A stretch of DNA of 64,000 nt from an uncultured Lentisphaeraceae bacterium. GTDB lineage: Bacteria > Verrucomicrobiota > Kiritimatiellia > RFP12 > UBA1067. Both the position numbers and the translations under genes were made by a program. The DNA lies in contig CAYOQJ010000057.1 of the NCBI GenBank assembly GCA_964406095.1, positions 1,342 through 65,341 of the forward strand, written 5' to 3'. The notes under the pieces were generated by a model. It ran no database searches. It was not told the DNA's origin and was given only the letters and a program-made list of their open reading frames with translations. Shown here piece by piece: positions 34,956 through 45,359 of the stretch (position 1 is its first letter; every line of letters starts with the position of its first letter).

Positions 34956-36878
34956 ATGAATAAAGTTGAACTGCTGGGTCGATGGACTAAAACTAAATCC
35001 GAGGAGATTTACGGCATAAAAAGCTGGGGAGGCGGATATTTCAGTATCTCCGACAAGGGGGAAGTTATGGTTGATCCCTTTTTCGGTGATCAACCGGGAG
35101 TGCCTGTCAGCTTGATGGACATAATATCGGGGGTACGTGAACGCGGATTAGATATGCCGGTGTTGCTACGTTTTGAAAATCTGCTTGATGCCCAGATATC
35201 ACTGCTCAACGACTCTTTTCGCAAGGCGATGCAGGAGCTGAACTATCGCGGCAGTTACCAGGGAGTATATCCGATCAAGGTCAATCAGCAACAGCAGGTA
35301 GTCCAGGAGGTCACACGTTTCGGCCAGCGTTATCATCACGGTCTCGAAGTTGGCAGTAAGCCGGAGCTGATAGCCGCTCTGTCCGAGATGAAGGATAAAC
35401 AGGCCTGTCTCATCTGCAACGGCTACAAGGATGAGGAATTCATTGATCTCGGATTGTATGCGCTTAAGATGGGGTTTCAATGCTTCTTTGTAGTTGAGTT
35501 TCCCGGAGAGGTTGATCTGATTCTTGACCGCGCTGAACGGCTGGGGGTTAAACCTAATATCGGTGTACGCATAAAACTCTCATCCAAGGCTGGCGGTCAC
35601 TGGACGGAGTCGGGTGGCGATCGCAGTATTTTTGGGCTTAATATGACCCAGGTTATCGAAATGGTTGACGCTCTGAAGGAGCGTAAAATGCTGGATTCAC
35701 TTAAATTAGTACACTATCACCTTGGTTCGCAGGTGCCGAATATCCGCGATATCCGGGCTGCGGTTCAGGAAGCCGCGCGGGTTTATGTTGAACTCGTCAA
35801 GGAGGGAGCTCCGATGGGGTGGCTCGATCTTGGCGGTGGTCTGGCTGTGGATTATGACGGATCCAAAACAAATTTTTCGAGCAGTCGCAACTACAGTATC
35901 CAGGAGTATTGCGCCGATGTGATCGAAGCCGTGATGACCGTCATTGATAACAGCAGTGTTGATCATCCCGTTATTATCACCGAATCCGGACGTGCACTGG
36001 TGGCATATTATTCCGTTCTGCTTTTCAACGTGCTTGATGTGGCTGAGTTTGAACGATACGAAATACCCGGTCAACTCGATCAATCGGTGCCGGAACAGAT
36101 TCGCAATCTGCATGAGGTGAATTCTCTGCTTACGCAGAAGAATTTACAGGAGTGCTACAATGATGCCCTCTATTATCGTGACAATATCAGAGATATGTTT
36201 AACCATGGACATATTTCGCTGCGTGAACGCTCGTTGGCCGAGAAGATATTTTGGAACACAATCCATAAAATTATAGAGTTGAAGGTTCGGTTGAAACGTA
36301 TTCCTGGTGACTTGGTCGATCTCGAAAATGCCATTGCCGACATCTACTATTGCAACTTCTCCGTTTTTCAGTCAATCCCTGATAGCTGGGCGATCGATCA
36401 GTTGTTTCCCGTGATGCCGGTTCACCGTCTGTTGGAGATGCCTGACCATAATGCGATCCTGGCGGATATCACCTGCGACTGCGATGGTAAAATAGATCGC
36501 TTTATTGATCCTCATGATGTTCGTCGGACTCTGCCGGTGCATGTGCTCAAAGATAATTCGGATTACTATCTGGGAGCCTTTCTGGTGGGAGCCTATCAGG
36601 AGACCCTGGGTGATTTGCACAATCTTTTTGGCGACACCAATGTGGTCAGCGTAAGAATAGAAACCGATGGAACCTTCGAGATAACCGGCGAAATCGAAGG
36701 GGACAGCGTCGAGGATGTGCTATCCTATGTCGAGTATGACCTCAGAGCCATGCGCAATGAGTTCAGACAGACTGCTGAAGAAGCGGTGCGCAGCGGGTTG
36801 ATCTCTCCCAGAGAGCGCAGAGAGGTGCTCAGTTCGATTGAGGATGGCCTTCGCGGCTATACCTATTACGAACGGTAG
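34956..36878 (+). CDS. speA: Biosynthetic arginine decarboxylase
   Basis: Start at ATG 34956 (the ORF track begins at TTG 34941). Motifs: MNKVELLGRWTKTKSEEIYGIKSWGGGYF, YPIKVNQQQ, LDLGGGLAVDY. The length of about 640 aa is typical of SpeA. Confidence 0.9.
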   Translation: MNKVELLGRWTKTKSEEIYGIKSWGGGYFSISDKGEVMVDPFFGDQPGVPVSLMDIISGVRERGLDMPVLLRFENLLDAQISLLNDSFRKAMQELNYRGSYQGVYPIKVNQQQQVVQEVTRFGQRYHHGLEVGSKPELIAALSEMKDKQACLICNGYKDEEFIDLGLYALKMGFQCFFVVEFPGEVDLILDRAERLGVKPNIGVRIKLSSKAGGHWTESGGDRSIFGLNMTQVIEMVDALKERKMLDSLKLVHYHLGSQVPNIRDIRAAVQEAARVYVELVKEGAPMGWLDLGGGLAVDYDGSKTNFSSSRNYSIQEYCADVIEAVMTVIDNSSVDHPVIITESGRALVAYYSVLLFNVLDVAEFERYEIPGQLDQSVPEQIRNLHEVNSLLTQKNLQECYNDALYYRDNIRDMFNHGHISLRERSLAEKIFWNTIHKIIELKVRLKRIPGDLVDLENAIADIYYCNFSVFQSIPDSWAIDQLFPVMPVHRLLEMPDHNAILADITCDCDGKIDRFIDPHDVRRTLPVHVLKDNSDYYLGAFLVGAYQETLGDLHNLFGDTNVVSVRIETDGTFEITGEIEGDSVEDVLSYVEYDLRAMRNEFRQTAEEAVRSGLISPRERREVLSSIEDGLRGYTYYER

Positions 36879-36929
36879 TCCCATTTTATCGGATTACTGA
36901 ATTCAGCGTTGAACGATGAGGATAAATTT

Positions 36930-37784
36930 ATGCTTAAAGAACAGACACCTTTAATTCATGAGGGTATCCGTAGCAGCTATGCTGATGCTGATCTGGTGGT
37001 TGTAGGGTATCCTTATGACGGCACCGTTTCCGGTAGGTCTGGAACCCGCATGGGCCCCCAGCATGTTCAAGCCGAACTTGATGCGCTGGAAACATGGAGT
37101 CCCTACCAGCAACGTGATCTTGTGGATTTTAAAATCTGCGATCTTGGCAGCATGGCGCTCACATACGGCAGTGTCGAGCGTGTGGTGGAAGCGGTTAAAG
37201 AGGAGTCCCTTGATATTATGGCCGACAGCAAGCTTATTCTTGGTGTCGGCGGTGAGCATCTGATAACGCTGGGGTTGATCCAGGCGGTCGCACAAAAGCA
37301 TCGCAACCTGCAGATTATTCACTTCGATGCCCATGCCGATCTGCGTGACGAATATCTGGGGGCAAAATTTTCGCACGCCACCGTCATGCGTCGCGTGCTG
37401 GAGACTCTCGGCTCGGGTGGACGACTCTGGCAATTCGGTATCCGTTCAGGTACACGGGATGAGTTTGAGTTTGCTGAACGTTATGCCCGAATGCGCTGTT
37501 TCGATCTGGCTGATATTGAACAGGCAGTGGCTGAAATCGGTGATGATCCGGTATATCTGACTATCGATCTGGATGTACTGGACCCAGCGATTCTTTCAGG
37601 CACCGGTACGCCGGAGCCGGGCGGTGTAACCTTCAAGGAACTGTTGGATGCTCTTTTGAAACTGCGGGAACTCAGGATAGTAGGCGCCGATATAATGGAG
37701 CTGGCACCGCTGCTGGATTCCAGCGGGGTGTCAACTGCGGCTGCCTGCAAAGTGCTGCGTGAAGTGGCATTGTTAATGGTTTGA
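36930..37784 (+). CDS. speB: Agmatinase (ureohydrolase family)
   Basis: Start at ATG 36930, preceded by gagga (the ORF track begins at TTG 36909). Mn-binding motifs: GGEHLIT, IHFDAHADLR, LTIDLDVLDPA. Confidence 0.85.
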   Translation: MLKEQTPLIHEGIRSSYADADLVVVGYPYDGTVSGRSGTRMGPQHVQAELDALETWSPYQQRDLVDFKICDLGSMALTYGSVERVVEAVKEESLDIMADSKLILGVGGEHLITLGLIQAVAQKHRNLQIIHFDAHADLRDEYLGAKFSHATVMRRVLETLGSGGRLWQFGIRSGTRDEFEFAERYARMRCFDLADIEQAVAEIGDDPVYLTIDLDVLDPAILSGTGTPEPGGVTFKELLDALLKLRELRIVGADIMELAPLLDSSGVSTAAACKVLREVALLMV

Positions 37785-37837
37785 GCAGTATCCGATAAAT
37801 CAGCAGAAAAATAGGTATAAGAAGTCAGGAGAAATAA

Positions 37838-39037
37838 ATGGGAAAAGCTTTAATAATCGGGGCTGGCGGAGTTGCCGGCGTGGTGATTCACAAATGCTGT
37901 CAGAATCCGGAGGTGTTCAGTGAGATCATGATCGCCAGTCGCACCAAATCGAAGTGCGACGCTTTCAAGGAGAAGCTGGACGGAGGTGCGACTGTAATTC
38001 ATACAGCCCAGGTGGATGCCGACAACTGTGCGGAGCTGATCGAGTTGATCAATGAGTTTAAACCGGAGATTGTGATCAATGTGGCTTTGCCCTATCAGGA
38101 TTTGACCATTATGGATGCTTGTCTGGCCACCGGTACGCATTATCTCGACACCGCTAACTATGAACCGCCGGACAATCCCAGATTCGAGTATAAATGGCAG
38201 TGGGCATATCGAGAAAAATTTGAGCAGGCCGGATTGTGCGCCATCCTTGGTTGCGGTTTTGATCCAGGCGTTACCGGTGTGTTCTGCGCTTACGCTCAGA
38301 AACATTATTTTGATGAGATTCACACCATCGACATTCTGGATGCCAATGGCGGTGATCACGGTTATCCCTTTGCAACAAATTTCAATCCGGAGATTAACAT
38401 CCGTGAAATCACTGCCAACGGACGCTTCTGGCGCGATGGTCAATGGATTGAAACCAAACCGCTTGAAATAAAACGCGTTTTTAATTTTGACGGTATCGGG
38501 TCGAAAGAGGCCTATCTGCTCTATCACGAAGAGTTGGAGTCGCTGGCAAAGAATATACGCGATTTGAAACAGATTCGGTTTTTCATGACCTTCTCGCAGA
38601 ATTACATCAATCACCTGACGGTTCTGCAGAATGTCGGCATGACCAGTATTGAACCTGTAGAGTTTGAAGGGTGTCAGATTCAACCGTTGCAGTTCCTCAA
38701 GGCGGTGCTGCCTGATCCGGCTAGTCTTGGCTCGCGTACCCGGGGCAAAACCAATATCGGCTGTATCTGTCGCGGTGTCAAGGACGGTAAGCCGGCAGCA
38801 TATTACGTTTATAATATCTGCGATCATCAGGAGTGTTATCGTGAGGTCGGTTCGCAGGCGATTTCTTATACAACCGGAGTGCCTGCGATGATCGGCGCAA
38901 AGTTGTTGTTGCGAGGAGTCTGGAAAAAGGCGGGTGTTTACAATGTGGAGGAGTTCGACCCTGACCCTTTCATGCAGGAACTTAACCAGCAGGGGTTGCC
39001 CTGGCAGGAGAATTTCAATCCGGATGTTCTCGATTAA
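37838..39037 (+). CDS. Carboxy(nor)spermidine dehydrogenase/synthase (saccharopine dehydrogenase family)
   Basis: 399 aa. N-terminus MGKALIIGAGGVAGVVIHKC. Further segments ASRTKSKCD, LDTANYEP and GCGFDPGV match this family. The gene sits between speB and nspC. Confidence 0.85.
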   Translation: MGKALIIGAGGVAGVVIHKCCQNPEVFSEIMIASRTKSKCDAFKEKLDGGATVIHTAQVDADNCAELIELINEFKPEIVINVALPYQDLTIMDACLATGTHYLDTANYEPPDNPRFEYKWQWAYREKFEQAGLCAILGCGFDPGVTGVFCAYAQKHYFDEIHTIDILDANGGDHGYPFATNFNPEINIREITANGRFWRDGQWIETKPLEIKRVFNFDGIGSKEAYLLYHEELESLAKNIRDLKQIRFFMTFSQNYINHLTVLQNVGMTSIEPVEFEGCQIQPLQFLKAVLPDPASLGSRTRGKTNIGCICRGVKDGKPAAYYVYNICDHQECYREVGSQAISYTTGVPAMIGAKLLLRGVWKKAGVYNVEEFDPDPFMQELNQQGLPWQENFNPDVLD

Positions 39038-39148
39038 AACCCCGCAGAAAAGAGAGAATTTGAAACCACGAAAAACACGATTTTTCACGAAAAGAGAGAG
39101 CTGCCGCCGTTAAACACCGTCAATAAGGTCAGCAAAAATCCGCTAAAT

Positions 39149-40306
39149 ATGCCTAAATCAGAAACAGATGTTTTACCTTCAGTCAAGACACCCGCTTATG
39201 TGGTTGACAAACGGTTGCTTCGAAAAAATCTCGAACTGCTCGATTCCGTGCAGCAACGCACTGGTTGTAAAATCCTGCTGGCACTCAAGGGGTTTTCGAT
39301 GCACGCCTTGTTTCCGATGATCGGCGAGTATCTGGCTGGCATCACCGCCAGTTCACTTTTTGAAGCACGGCTGGGATATGAGAAGATGGGCAAAGAGGTG
39401 CATATCTACGCGCCCGCGTTTCGTGACGATGAGTTTGATGAGATTCTGAAATACTGCAATCATATTGTTTTCAATTCAGCGGCTCAGCATCAACGTTTCA
39501 GAGGCCGGGTGGATGAGTTTAATCGTCAACATAACCGCGGTGTTCAGTGTGGGTTGCGGCTCAACCCGCAGTACTCGGAACAGCGCGTTGCAATATACGA
39601 TCCTTGTGCGTCCTGCTCCCGACTGGGGGCGGTTGCTTCGTCGATCACTCCGGAGGATATTGAAGGTCTCAGCGGTTTGCATTTCCACACAATGTGCGAA
39701 CAGAATTCGGATACGCTGGAGCGTACACTTGTCAGAGTGGAAGAGCGCTTCAGTCAATATTTCGAGGGTATAAAATGGATCAATTTCGGTGGCGGGCATC
39801 ATATAACGCGGGCTGATTATGATGTCGAGCGTTTAATCAGAGTTATCATAGATTTTCGTGAGAAATACCGATTGGATGTTTATCTTGAGCCGGGGGAGGC
39901 GATTGCGCTTAATACAGGATTTTTGGTGACCTCGGTGCTGGATATTGTGGATAACGGAATGCAGTTGGCTCTGGTTGACACCTCGGCTGCCTGTCACATG
40001 CCCGATGTGCTTGAGATGCCTTACCGTCCGCAGATTATCGGTGCGGGAGAGCCCGATGAAAAACGGTTCACCTATCGTCTGGGCGGCATGACCTGTCTGG
40101 CTGGCGATGTGATCGGCGACTACTCTTTTGATAAACCGCTGATACCGGGTGATAAGCTGATTTTCACCGATATGGCGCACTACACTATGGTTAAGAACAA
40201 CATGTTCAATGGTGTGAATCTACCGGCGATCGCCGTTATGGATGACAACGGGATTGAGATGATCCGTGAGTTTGATTTTCAGGATTACGCCGCGCGTCTC
40301 TCCTGA
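39149..40306 (+). CDS. nspC: Carboxy(nor)spermidine decarboxylase
   Basis: 385 aa. Segments TPAYVVDKRLLRKNLELL...KILLALKGFSM, FHTMCEQ, NFGGGHH and EPGEAI indicate a PLP-dependent group IV decarboxylase-like fold. Confidence 0.85.
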   Translation: MPKSETDVLPSVKTPAYVVDKRLLRKNLELLDSVQQRTGCKILLALKGFSMHALFPMIGEYLAGITASSLFEARLGYEKMGKEVHIYAPAFRDDEFDEILKYCNHIVFNSAAQHQRFRGRVDEFNRQHNRGVQCGLRLNPQYSEQRVAIYDPCASCSRLGAVASSITPEDIEGLSGLHFHTMCEQNSDTLERTLVRVEERFSQYFEGIKWINFGGGHHITRADYDVERLIRVIIDFREKYRLDVYLEPGEAIALNTGFLVTSVLDIVDNGMQLALVDTSAACHMPDVLEMPYRPQIIGAGEPDEKRFTYRLGGMTCLAGDVIGDYSFDKPLIPGDKLIFTDMAHYTMVKNNMFNGVNLPAIAVMDDNGIEMIREFDFQDYAARLS

Positions 40307-40661
40307 TCCGCAGTGTCGATTGAGGGAGAAGATTGAAGAGTGAAGCGACTATCGGTAGCGATTTTGTGAGAGAGGTAACTTAACACAGAGCTACAGAGAC
40401 CATAGAGAAGAATTTGTGGAAAATCCCCATCGCTGGCTATCCACATCCCCGATATGTCGGGCGTTGGGAGTGGAGTCGACCAACCCTCTCCATGTTGTGT
40501 CGATGAGAAACGGACTCGGCGTGCTGCCATTCTTGAAACTGTCGTCTTCATTTTGGCCGGATTGACCCCGAGGACGCAAATTTTAATATTAGCTCGGACA
40601 CCTGAAAAAGGGGAGCAAACATCAAGCATCGACTTGCTTCGGAAACTTCTCCCGTGAAAGG

Positions 40662-42119
40662 CTACGATTTTGTTATGGTGATGCGGAGAGCTGCAGCATC
40701 TTCTGAATCCAGTGTGTAGCCTCGGGCGATGCGATAGCCGGGAATCCAGATCACCTCGTCACCGCAGGCAATGACCGGCATTGTGTCGCGCAGATGGCGC
40801 GGAATTTTTGCATCGATCATGATATCTTTGATTTTGCGACTGCCCTGAAAGCCTGTTGGTGCAATGCGGTCGCCCGGTTTACGTGAGCGGACGATCAGCT
40901 TTCTGCCGGCAATTTTTGCTGCGTCGAGGGAACAGAGTGCGGGGTAGTTGCCGATGCCGTGCGTTATGAATTTTATGCCACGGGATGCAGAGGTTTCGAT
41001 CAGATAATCCGCCCATTGGATCGAGCCTCCGATAATCAGCTCGACAGAGGCTGCTCTTTTACGCTTAATTTCAGATTGAATAGAAAGCAGTTCTCCACGG
41101 GTGACAAGTCGGCGATTTTTGTCCAGCTGCATTGTATATGCGGTATCGGTGTTTCGGCAATGTGCGAGAATTGAGTCGACTGTTTTAAGACCGGCAGCGT
41201 GTGCCGAATTATTTCTAAAGAGCCACAGACGCAGAATGCGCCGCTGGATGGCGGGGGGGTGTTTGAGCAAGGCCGCGATCAGGAGTGCTTCGTTGTATTG
41301 TAGGGAGGCGAGCGCGCCTTCGGCAATTTCCTGCAGAAACGCCTCGTCATCGCGTAATGATTCAGCGGAACGGCAGAGGGATACATTGATATTCGGCGAA
41401 AGATTTTCGCGTAAAAATGGCATGACGCAGTGTCGTACATTGTTGCGCGGGATTTCACAGTTCTGATTACTGTGGTCTTCATGCCAGGTGAAACGGCGCT
41501 CGTTGAGCCAATCACGCAGGGCGGAGGAGCTTATCCGTAGCAGAGGACGATAGAAGGTGAGTTTTCTCTGATCGTGCTGCGAAGTGATGGTTGATATCGG
41601 TTTCAGTCCTGACAGTCCAGCAATACCTGAACCGCGAGTCATACGCAGCAGCACAGTTTCACAGAGATCGTCGGCATGGTGCCCGGTGGTGACGGCATCC
41701 AGTCGATTTGCGGAGGAAGCTTCAAAGTAGAACTTCAGACGTTCCTCCCGGGCGGCCATTTCGAGTGAGCAATTTTTGCGTGGGTGTTTCAGCAGTTCGG
41801 CGGCTCTGCTGTGGAACTTAAATTTCTGAGTGTCGGCAAGGTGACGGACAAAATCAGCTTCAGCGTCCGATTCGGGGCGGAGGCCATGGTTGAGATGCAG
41901 AACAACCGTTTCGATTCCGGCTGCTTGGCAGAGTGGCGTCAGCAGATGAAAGAGAGCAACTGAATCGGCACCACCTGAAACCGCCACTCCGATGCGTTGA
42001 ATGTTCGACGGAAGGATTTGAGTTTCAAAAAAATGTCTTACTACCGGTTCGATTTGCGACACTGATGTAAGATAAAGTGCTGTGGTGTAATGTTCCATGC
42101 GATGAGCGATTCTGTGCAT
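40662..42119 (-). CDS. tilS: tRNA(Ile)-lysidine synthetase
   Basis: 485 aa. PP-loop motif IGVAVSGGADSVAL, a TilS substrate-binding middle region, and a C-terminal domain (GSRKIKDIMIDAKIP). The start is uncertain (42119 or ATG 42101). Confidence 0.85.
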   Translation of the reverse strand: MHRIAHRMEHYTTALYLTSVSQIEPVVRHFFETQILPSNIQRIGVAVSGGADSVALFHLLTPLCQAAGIETVVLHLNHGLRPESDAEADFVRHLADTQKFKFHSRAAELLKHPRKNCSLEMAAREERLKFYFEASSANRLDAVTTGHHADDLCETVLLRMTRGSGIAGLSGLKPISTITSQHDQRKLTFYRPLLRISSSALRDWLNERRFTWHEDHSNQNCEIPRNNVRHCVMPFLRENLSPNINVSLCRSAESLRDDEAFLQEIAEGALASLQYNEALLIAALLKHPPAIQRRILRLWLFRNNSAHAAGLKTVDSILAHCRNTDTAYTMQLDKNRRLVTRGELLSIQSEIKRKRAASVELIIGGSIQWADYLIETSASRGIKFITHGIGNYPALCSLDAAKIAGRKLIVRSRKPGDRIAPTGFQGSRKIKDIMIDAKIPRHLRDTMPVIACGDEVIWIPGYRIARGYTLDSEDAAALRITITKS

Positions 42120-42139
42120 TCAGGTGCAATGGGAGTCTT

Positions 42140-43429
42140 TCAATCCACGCGCTCAATACGATAGAGGTGTTTTTCAGTTCTGACAAGCAGAGATTTGTCG
42201 TGAATAGCCGGCGAGGCCCAACAGCCGCTCTCGAGCGTATTGTTGCCGAGTGTCTGAAAGATATCAGATGCCTTAACCACGCTGCTGTCGCCGCTTTTAT
42301 TGAAGAGAAAAATATTCCCCTCGGCATACACAGGTGAAGCTTCATGTTGTCCACCGATTCGTTTATCCCAGATGATCTCGCCGGTGTCGGCTTTGCGGCA
42401 GGCCAATTTAGCGGAGGTCATTGTATAAAAACGGTTGTTGATCAGAAGAGGAGAAGGCATATTGGGTACCTGTCGGCTGCTCTGCCAGACAATTCTGTCT
42501 GAGTTTGTGATGTCACCGCGGGCTTCAAGGGGGTTGATGCAGAGCATAACCGGTTTGACTACCCCGGCACAGATATAGAGCAGCCCGTTACTGTAGAGTG
42601 GACGCGGTACAACCGACCATGCCCGATATCGTACACGCCATATTTCGCGTCCGTTGGTCAGATCATAGGCGGCAGCGTAGAGACCACCCGGGCAGATGAC
42701 CTGCTTTTGTCCGGCCACTGTTATGACATGGGGGGTGCATGAAGAGTGAACCATACCCTTGAGCTGCTCCTGGCTGTGAACGCGCTCAGTACGCCAGATA
42801 GTGGCGCCGGTTGTTTTGTCGAGAGCGGTTACAAAGCGCGCGCTTTTGTTGTCGCCGTCAAAGATCATGATCAGTTTGTCGTCGTGAATAATAGGAGAGC
42901 TGGCTGCGCCGACATCATGATAGGTGACATTGAAATCACGGCGTTGCCAGATTATTCTGCCGCTTTCCGCCGCCACGCAGGCGGTGCCGGCGGCTCCGAA
43001 ATTGACATAAACCCGGTTGTTTTCCAGTACAGGGGTGGGAGTGGCGAAGCTGTTGCTGCGATGACACAATTCCGGTTTTGCGACCGTGAACAGAGTTTTA
43101 TTGAGAGTTATGTCACCGCTCGCAAAATCAACGGCAATCAGATTGCGGGAACGCCCTTCGTCGGGAGAGGTTGTCAGCCAGATTTTGTCGGTGATGATTA
43201 CCGGTGATGAATAGCCTTTGCCGGGAATGGCAGTTTTCCAGCGGATATTTTCATTTTCATTCCAAACGGTGGGAAGACCGGTGGCGGTTGATGTTCCGTC
43301 TCCCTGAGCTCCGCGGAACTGTGGCCATGTTTGCGCTGCACGCACTGGCACTGTCGATATCGACAGGACGAATATAAACCTGATGGCGTGAAGCAGAGTG
43401 CGAGTGATAAATATTTTCATTTTTTCCAA
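42140..43429 (-). CDS. Secreted PQQ-like beta-propeller repeat protein
   Basis: 429 aa with a signal peptide. Repeated propeller blades: WPQFRGAQGDGTS, IRWKTAIPGKGYSSPVI, GRIIWQ, GATIWR, GREIWR, GEIIWD. Confidence 0.7.
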   Translation of the reverse strand: MEKMKIFITRTLLHAIRFIFVLSISTVPVRAAQTWPQFRGAQGDGTSTATGLPTVWNENENIRWKTAIPGKGYSSPVIITDKIWLTTSPDEGRSRNLIAVDFASGDITLNKTLFTVAKPELCHRSNSFATPTPVLENNRVYVNFGAAGTACVAAESGRIIWQRRDFNVTYHDVGAASSPIIHDDKLIMIFDGDNKSARFVTALDKTTGATIWRTERVHSQEQLKGMVHSSCTPHVITVAGQKQVICPGGLYAAAYDLTNGREIWRVRYRAWSVVPRPLYSNGLLYICAGVVKPVMLCINPLEARGDITNSDRIVWQSSRQVPNMPSPLLINNRFYTMTSAKLACRKADTGEIIWDKRIGGQHEASPVYAEGNIFLFNKSGDSSVVKASDIFQTLGNNTLESGCWASPAIHDKSLLVRTEKHLYRIERVD

Positions 43430-43455
43430 AACATTGATTGGCTTAGCCGACTTGA

Positions 43456-44322
43456 TCAGATCAAAGGAAGTTCGTTTATCTGATCAATCGGGACGGGAGG
43501 GATCGTCTTCCAGCGACACTCATCCTCGGTTGCTCCGTTTTCCTGTGTGAACATATGCTGCCAGCGTTTCTGAAAGAGCAGCCCATTGCGAATAACAACG
43601 GCTTGGTTGCGGATGGTGGGTGTTCCCTGGGTGGTCACGCTTTCAAAGTGATACATCTCGACATTTGGAGTGTAAATAGCTTTATAGCCTGCCTCACGCA
43701 AACGGTAGCAAAGGTCGAAATCTTCAAACTGAACCGGGTGGAAGGCTTCGTCGAAACCGCCGTATTTTTCCAGCAGTGCGGCGGGAATCATCAGGCAGGC
43801 ACTGATCAGACACTGCACGGCGCGGGGCTGATTGAAAGCAGGGGTGTTGATCGCCTCGCCGCGTCCTCTGAAACAGACATGTCCGCGTTTAGAGATGCCA
43901 ACCCCGGCGCACTGAATCGGATAGGGTTCCCAGGTATAGACCATTTTGGGGCCGACCATACCGATCTCCCGGTCGGAGTCTAGTACCGTACGCATTTTGG
44001 GCATCCATCTGACGGTGCGTGGCGCCACGTCATTATCGGTAAAAACGATATATTCGCCCTGTGCCGTGGCAATCGCCTGATTACGTGCGTATGAGCAGCC
44101 GATATTCAAGCTGTTGTGAATAACCGTAACCGGCACATCATGCTTTTTGCCAAGCTCTTTGAGCTCGTTGTCGCACCACTCCTTACTGCCGTCGGTTGAA
44201 CCGTTGTCAACCACTATCATCTCCCAATGCTGATCGCTGAACGAGTTTCGAATCAGCGCATTCAGGCAGCGCCGGGTGCATTCCAGTTTATTGTGAGAGA
44301 GAGTGATGAGTGAATAGGTCAT
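43456..44322 (-). CDS. Family-2 glycosyltransferase
   Basis: Start at ATG 44322; GTG 44334 is also possible. Motifs: MTYSLITLSHNKLECTRRCLNAL...MIVVDNGSTDGS and FTDNDV (DxD). Confidence 0.8.
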   Translation of the reverse strand: MTYSLITLSHNKLECTRRCLNALIRNSFSDQHWEMIVVDNGSTDGSKEWCDNELKELGKKHDVPVTVIHNSLNIGCSYARNQAIATAQGEYIVFTDNDVAPRTVRWMPKMRTVLDSDREIGMVGPKMVYTWEPYPIQCAGVGISKRGHVCFRGRGEAINTPAFNQPRAVQCLISACLMIPAALLEKYGGFDEAFHPVQFEDFDLCYRLREAGYKAIYTPNVEMYHFESVTTQGTPTIRNQAVVIRNGLLFQKRWQHMFTQENGATEDECRWKTIPPVPIDQINELPLI

Positions 44323-44337
44323 AGCAGACTTCACTTT

Positions 44338-45315
44338 TTATTCCGCCATGGCGAGATCAGCGGCGGCTTGGATTATTGACTCAAGAGAGGGCATGCAGGC
44401 ACTTTCAAGATTTTTAGCGGAGGGTACCGGCAGATCGGCGCCAGCGTGACGTTTAACGGGATAGTCGAGATACTCAAAGGCGGCTTCGTTGATGCGTGCC
44501 GCGATTTCAGCGGCGATTCCGCCGGTCAGCGGAGCCTCCTCCACAATCAGCACTCGTCCGGTTGCTTTGACGGATGTCAAAACGGTTTCGGTGTCGAGTG
44601 GTGCCAGTGTACGCAAATCCACTACTTCGACCTGGATATCCTCTTGCGCAAGTTGCTCGGCAGCGCGCAACGCCAGTACTGTCATGTAGGACCAGGCGAT
44701 GATCGTAATATCCTCGCCGCGGCGGGCAATTTTCGCTTTGCCGAGTTCAGAGGGTTCGGGCAGAGTGTCGCCTACCTGGAAACGCATCGGATAAAGCAAC
44801 TTATGTTCCAGAAAAATAACCGGGTTGTTGTCGCGGATGGCACCCTGCAGCAGGGCGGAGGCATCTTCAGCGTCGGAAGGCGCGACGATTTTGATGCCAG
44901 GCACGCCGAAAAAGATTCTTTCCAGGGATTGGGAGTGGGTGGCGCCATATCCGCGACCTGCACCGGGAGGAGTGCGCAGCACGAGGGGGCATGGTTGTCC
45001 GTAAATCGGATGTAGCTTGGCCGCCATATTGATCAGCTGATCGGCTGCCAGGGTGATAAAATCCATGAACATGATTTCGATGATCGGTCGCTGGCCGCTG
45101 ACAGCGGCTCCGATGGCAATTCCGGTGATGGCCTGCTCGGTGATCGGGGTGTCACGCACCCTCTCTTCGCCGAAAATTTCAATCAGACCGCGCGTTACAC
45201 CGAAGGCGCCGCCGTAAATTCCGATATCTTCCCCCATCAGTAATACGGTCTGGTCACGTTGCATTTCCGCTTCCAGTGTTTCACGAATTATTTGAGTAAA
45301 GGTTATGTTTCGCAT
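44338..45315 (-). CDS. Thiamine-diphosphate-dependent 2-oxoacid dehydrogenase E1 component, beta subunit (AcoB/PdhB-like)
   Basis: 325 aa. Segments MGEDIGIYGGAFGVTRGL, RDTPITEQAITGIAIGAA and IVEEAPLTGG indicate a transketolase-like pyrimidine-binding domain plus C-terminal domain. Confidence 0.85.
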   Translation of the reverse strand: MRNITFTQIIRETLEAEMQRDQTVLLMGEDIGIYGGAFGVTRGLIEIFGEERVRDTPITEQAITGIAIGAAVSGQRPIIEIMFMDFITLAADQLINMAAKLHPIYGQPCPLVLRTPPGAGRGYGATHSQSLERIFFGVPGIKIVAPSDAEDASALLQGAIRDNNPVIFLEHKLLYPMRFQVGDTLPEPSELGKAKIARRGEDITIIAWSYMTVLALRAAEQLAQEDIQVEVVDLRTLAPLDTETVLTSVKATGRVLIVEEAPLTGGIAAEIAARINEAAFEYLDYPVKRHAGADLPVPSAKNLESACMPSLESIIQAAADLAMAE

Positions 45316-45359
45316 AAACTGAGCGCCGTGTGTTTGTATATTTTTGCTTGTTTCGGGGA

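Noticed and set aside
37850-39088. A 412-aa minus-strand ORF that spans the entire carboxy(nor)spermidine dehydrogenase gene in antisense.
   Set aside because: The translation is Arg/Leu/Ile-rich and low in complexity, with no recognisable motif. The plus-strand frame has a clear, full-length homologous product in operon context. I treat it as a shadow ORF caused by codon bias.
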